From the human T2T-CHM13v2.0 reference genome, Homo sapiens, in NCBI RefSeq assembly GCF_009914755.1, contig NC_060941.1: a stretch of 64,000 bases of DNA; one strand, given 5' to 3'. Positions 58,862-64,000 of this stretch are shown one piece after another (positions within the stretch are counted from its first letter, which is position 1; the number at the start of each line of letters is the position of its first letter). The notes beneath the pieces were generated by a model. The model was not told the origin of the DNA, did not search any database, and worked only from the letters and a program-made list of their open reading frames with translations. The position numbers and the translations under genes were made by a program.

Positions 58862-59405
58862 TAAGTACTATAGTACTCTCATGAGTCATGAGATGATTTA
58901 TGCTTTTTAAATTTGTCATCAAAGATAAAGTATTTTGCATTTAGGCTAAAAAGTCATAATTTAAATTTTAACTGAGTTATTGAAAAAAGTTATTGGCAAA
59001 GAAAAGGATTAAGAAAGGATGTATAATGGTCAAGACAGCCAGCGGGGGAAGAGATTAGTGTTGAAGAAGCCGTATAGATTTGGAACATGTAGACACATGG
59101 AGGAATATTACTTAACCAAGAAAGCAAAGAGAAATAGGTGTTCATTATTCTAAAAAGAAAGAAAAGAGTAAATCAAGATGGGTGAATGCAATATGAAATG
59201 AGAAGTAAGATAATGGTAAAAAAAAAAGTGTAAGTTCTCTTAAATATCATTAATTTGATGACGTAGATCAACTTAAATTTCTTTAATAAGATCTCTCTGG
59301 AATTTTACGGCAAATAAACTATTGAAGTGGCTTGTTTTATAGAGAAGCCAAAATAGAAGTAATCACATGTCCTTGAATTATCTTTTGAAGTACAGAATTT
59401 TGTAA

Positions 59406-59519
<114 letters not shown>

Positions 59520-59879
59520 TAAGTTATTTTTTCTTAGATTTATTTTTACTTAGTTGGTTTTTTAGGTTTGTTTTATTATTTTCTTAAGTCAGGTTTATTG
59601 AGATTTAATTTTCATATAACATTCACCCTTTATAAGTGTATAGTTTGATGAGTTTTGACAAATGTATAGTTACATAACCACCACCACATTCCCAATATAA
59701 AGCATTTCTGTCACCTCAGAAAGGCCCCTCATTTCCCTTTGTAGGCAATCCCTTCCTCCCACCATCAGCCCCTGTTAGCTACTAATCTGATTTCTGTTCC
59801 TAGTTTTGTCTTTTTCAGAATGTCTTATAAATGAAATCATGTAGCATGTAGCCTCTTGTGTTTGACTTCTTTCACTTAG

Positions 59880-60116
<237 letters not shown>

Positions 60117-60231
60117 TGATCTGCCCACTTCGGCCTCCCAAAGTGCTAGGTGTGAGCCACCTCGCCCGGCCTCACTCAGCATAATTTTTTTTGAGATTAT
60201 GCTACCATCCATGTTGTTGCCCCTATCAGTA

Positions 60232-60534
60232 CAGCTGGCCCTCCATATCTACATGTTCCTCATCCATGGATTCAACTAACCATGGATGGAGAATATTTGG
60301 AAAAAATAAAATATATAAAATAATACAACAATAAAACAGTAGAAAATTTAAAACACGGTACAATTATTTACATACCATTTACACTGTACTAGGTATTTAA
60401 AGTATACCCGAGGCTTATGTCATTTATTATATCAAGTATTATGTCATTCCATATAAAATATTTCAGCATCTGTGGACTTTGGTATCTGCAGGGGGTCCTG
60501 GAGCCAATCCCCTGCAGACACCGAGGGACAACTC
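60232..60534 (-). mobile_element. MER2 (TcMar-Tigger) inserted in an antisense L1M 3' fragment (~59580-61620)
   Basis: cagctggccctcc...ggtatctgcagggggtcctggagccaatcccctgcagacaccgagggacaact termini. Confidence 0.75.
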
Positions 60535-60756
60535 TTCACTCCTTTTTATTGCTCAGTAGTATTCCAGTTGTGTGGATGTATCAATTTGTTTATCCATTCA
60601 TCAATGTATAGACATTTGGGTAGCTTCCAATTTTTTGCAATTATGAATAAAACTCCTAAAAACACTCATATACAGGTCTTTGTGTGAACCAATGTTTTCA
60701 TTTCTTTGGGTAAATACCTAGGAGTTGGATTCTTCACATGCTTAGTGTATATTTAA

Positions 60757-61269
<513 letters not shown>

Positions 61270-61886
61270 TGAGTAACTGGGATTATAGCCACACACCACC
61301 ATGCCCAGCTAATTTTTATATTTTTAGTAGAGATGGGGTTTCATCTTGTCGGCCAGGCTGGTCTCAAACTCCTGGCCTCATTTGATTCACCTGCCTTGGC
61401 CTCCCAAAGTGCTGGGATTACAGGCGTGAGCCACGATGCATGGCCCAGCCCAGCAGATTCTTATATTTGAGTTTTTAAAGAAATGTTCACCTTTCTACTG
61501 CTAGATGTGTAGTGGAATCTCACTGGTTTTAATTTGCATTTCTTTAATAGCTAGTGATGTTGAATGTTCATGTGCAAATATCTTCTTTACTGTACTGTTC
61601 AAATCTGTTCCCATATTTTAATTGGATATTAATATTTTTATTGAGGCTTTTTTCCCCTGTTATCCCATTGGAGATTCATTATTATTGAGTTTTAAGAGTG
61701 CTTTAGGCCAGGCATGGTGGCTCATGCCTGTAATCCCAGTACTTTGGGAGGCCAAGGCGGGTGGATCACAAGGTCAGGAGATCAAGACCATCCTGGCTAA
61801 CACAGTGAAACCCAGTCTCTACTAAATACACACACACACACACAAACACACACACAATTAGCCGGGTGTAGTGGCGGGCACCTTTA

Positions 61887-62027
<141 letters not shown>

Positions 62028-62631
62028 TTATAGATTCTAGATACAAGTCTTTTCAGGGACCAGGTACAGTGGCTCATGCCTATAATCCCAGCACATTGGG
62101 AGGCTGAGGCAGGAGGATTGCTTGAGGCCAGGAGTTTTAGACCACCTGGGCAATATGGTGAAACCTTGTCTCTACCAAAAACATAAAAATTAGGCAGGTG
62201 CAGTGGTGCTCACCTGTGGTCCCAGCTACACGGGAAGCTGAGGTGGGAGGATTGCTTGAGCCTGGGAGGTCGAGGCTCTGCAGTGAGCTGTGATCACCAC
62301 CGCACTCCAGCCTGGGTCACAGAGTGAGATACTATCTCAAAAATTAAATAAGTAAATAAATAAAAACAAAAAACAAGGCCTTATAGATATGTGTTTGGTA
62401 AATATCTTCTCTCAGATTGTGGTTTGTCTTTTCATTCTGTTAAAAGTGTTCTCTGGCTGGGCATAGTGACTCACACCTGTAATCACAGCACTTTGGGAGG
62501 CCGAGGCAGGTGGATCACCTGAAGTCAGGAGTTCGAGACCATCCTGGCCAACGTGGCAAAACCCCAATCTCCACTAAAAATACACAAATTAGCCAGTTGT
62601 GGTGGCCCATGCCTGTAATCCCGGCTACTCA

Positions 62632-62805
<174 letters not shown>

Positions 62806-63211
62806 TCAGCTTTAAGTTAGCAATTTTTTCTTATATGGCTTGTGCTTTTTTGTTTCTTACCTAAGAAATCTTTAAGAACCTGTTGTTTAATCCAAAGTGG
62901 AAAAGATTTACTCTATATGTCTTCTCCCAGAAATTGTGTAGTTACATTTAGATCTATGATCCATTTTGAGTTAATTTGCATATATGGTGTGAGGTTTATT
63001 GTTTTTTTGTTTTTTTGCCATTTTATTTTTATTTTTTGGAGAAATGAGGTCTCACTGTGTTGTCCAGGCTGGTTTCGAACTCCTGGCCTCAAGTGATCCT
63101 CCGGCCTCGTTCTCCCAGAGTGCTGCAATTATAGGCATGAGGCATCATGCCTGGCCTTCTTTGTAGATATAGGTATAGATATATATCCGTCTATATCTAT
63201 ATATATCTTCA

Positions 63212-63500
<289 letters not shown>

Positions 63501-64000
63501 TTCTGCAAGGCCCTATTGTGAGTTTGTTACACAACTTACTGCAACTTAAATTGTGCCACCACCACCCCCCACAATATGGCAAGCTAAATAGAAACTCAGT
63601 TATGCTAAGGCTGGTTGAGGGCATTATGCAAGATTAGCATGGAAAGGGCCCTTCATTTGGCACTCTGCTCCGTTCATTTTTGTCAGGTCACTTTCTTATC
63701 TTCACCGGGCTGTCAGATCTGTTTTACTGCTCTAGCCTCACTTTCCTCAGCCTCCTACAGCATCTTCCCTGTAAGCTACATCCCTTCCTCTCTGGATGAA
63801 GTCCTCTTCATTGACCAACTTTCTCACTTAGTTCTCTAAGATAGTGAGGATCTGTCTGCTTTCTTCTTGACCATTAGTGGATAGGAAAAAAATGCTCTGA
63901 TTTTCTGTAACCATTTGTCACCAAGGCCATAAAGACATTGAACTAATTTCCTTATTGGAGTTCATTATTGGAAGTCTTGAGGAGTTTACACATTTATCTA

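Overview
Human (primate) genomic DNA recognisable as the 17q11.2 SUZ12-LRRC37B interval at the distal NF1 microdeletion repeat. Bases 1-~24.9 kb hold the 3' half of SUZ12 (+ strand, coding exons 8-16 with the C2H2 finger and VEFS domain, then a ~2 kb 3'UTR). From ~25 kb the window is a mosaic segmental duplication containing, in order: an inverted (- strand) BPTF exon-3 remnant with intact splice sites and open frame; a CpG island with a degenerate BPTF exon 1 (+); an unidentified three-exon 3' gene remnant (39-41 kb, low confidence); the last two exons of an RDM1 copy; and the first seven coding exons of LRRC37B (large Pro/Thr/Glu-rich exon plus six phase-2 LRR exons). Most short ORFs in the track are Alu, L1 or microsatellite artefacts. 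The most interesting signal is that the scavenged exons are phase-compatible. BPTF exon 1 (phase 1) joined to RDM1 exon 6 (phase 1-0) can go to (a) RDM1 exon 7, giving a 161-codon chimeric ORF with its own tandem AATAAA, or (b) a candidate acceptor directly before LRRC37B Met83, giving an in-frame BPTF-RDM1-LRRC37B fusion with no signal peptide. Gene identities come from recalled protein sequences; the splicing models are inferences that need transcript evidence.
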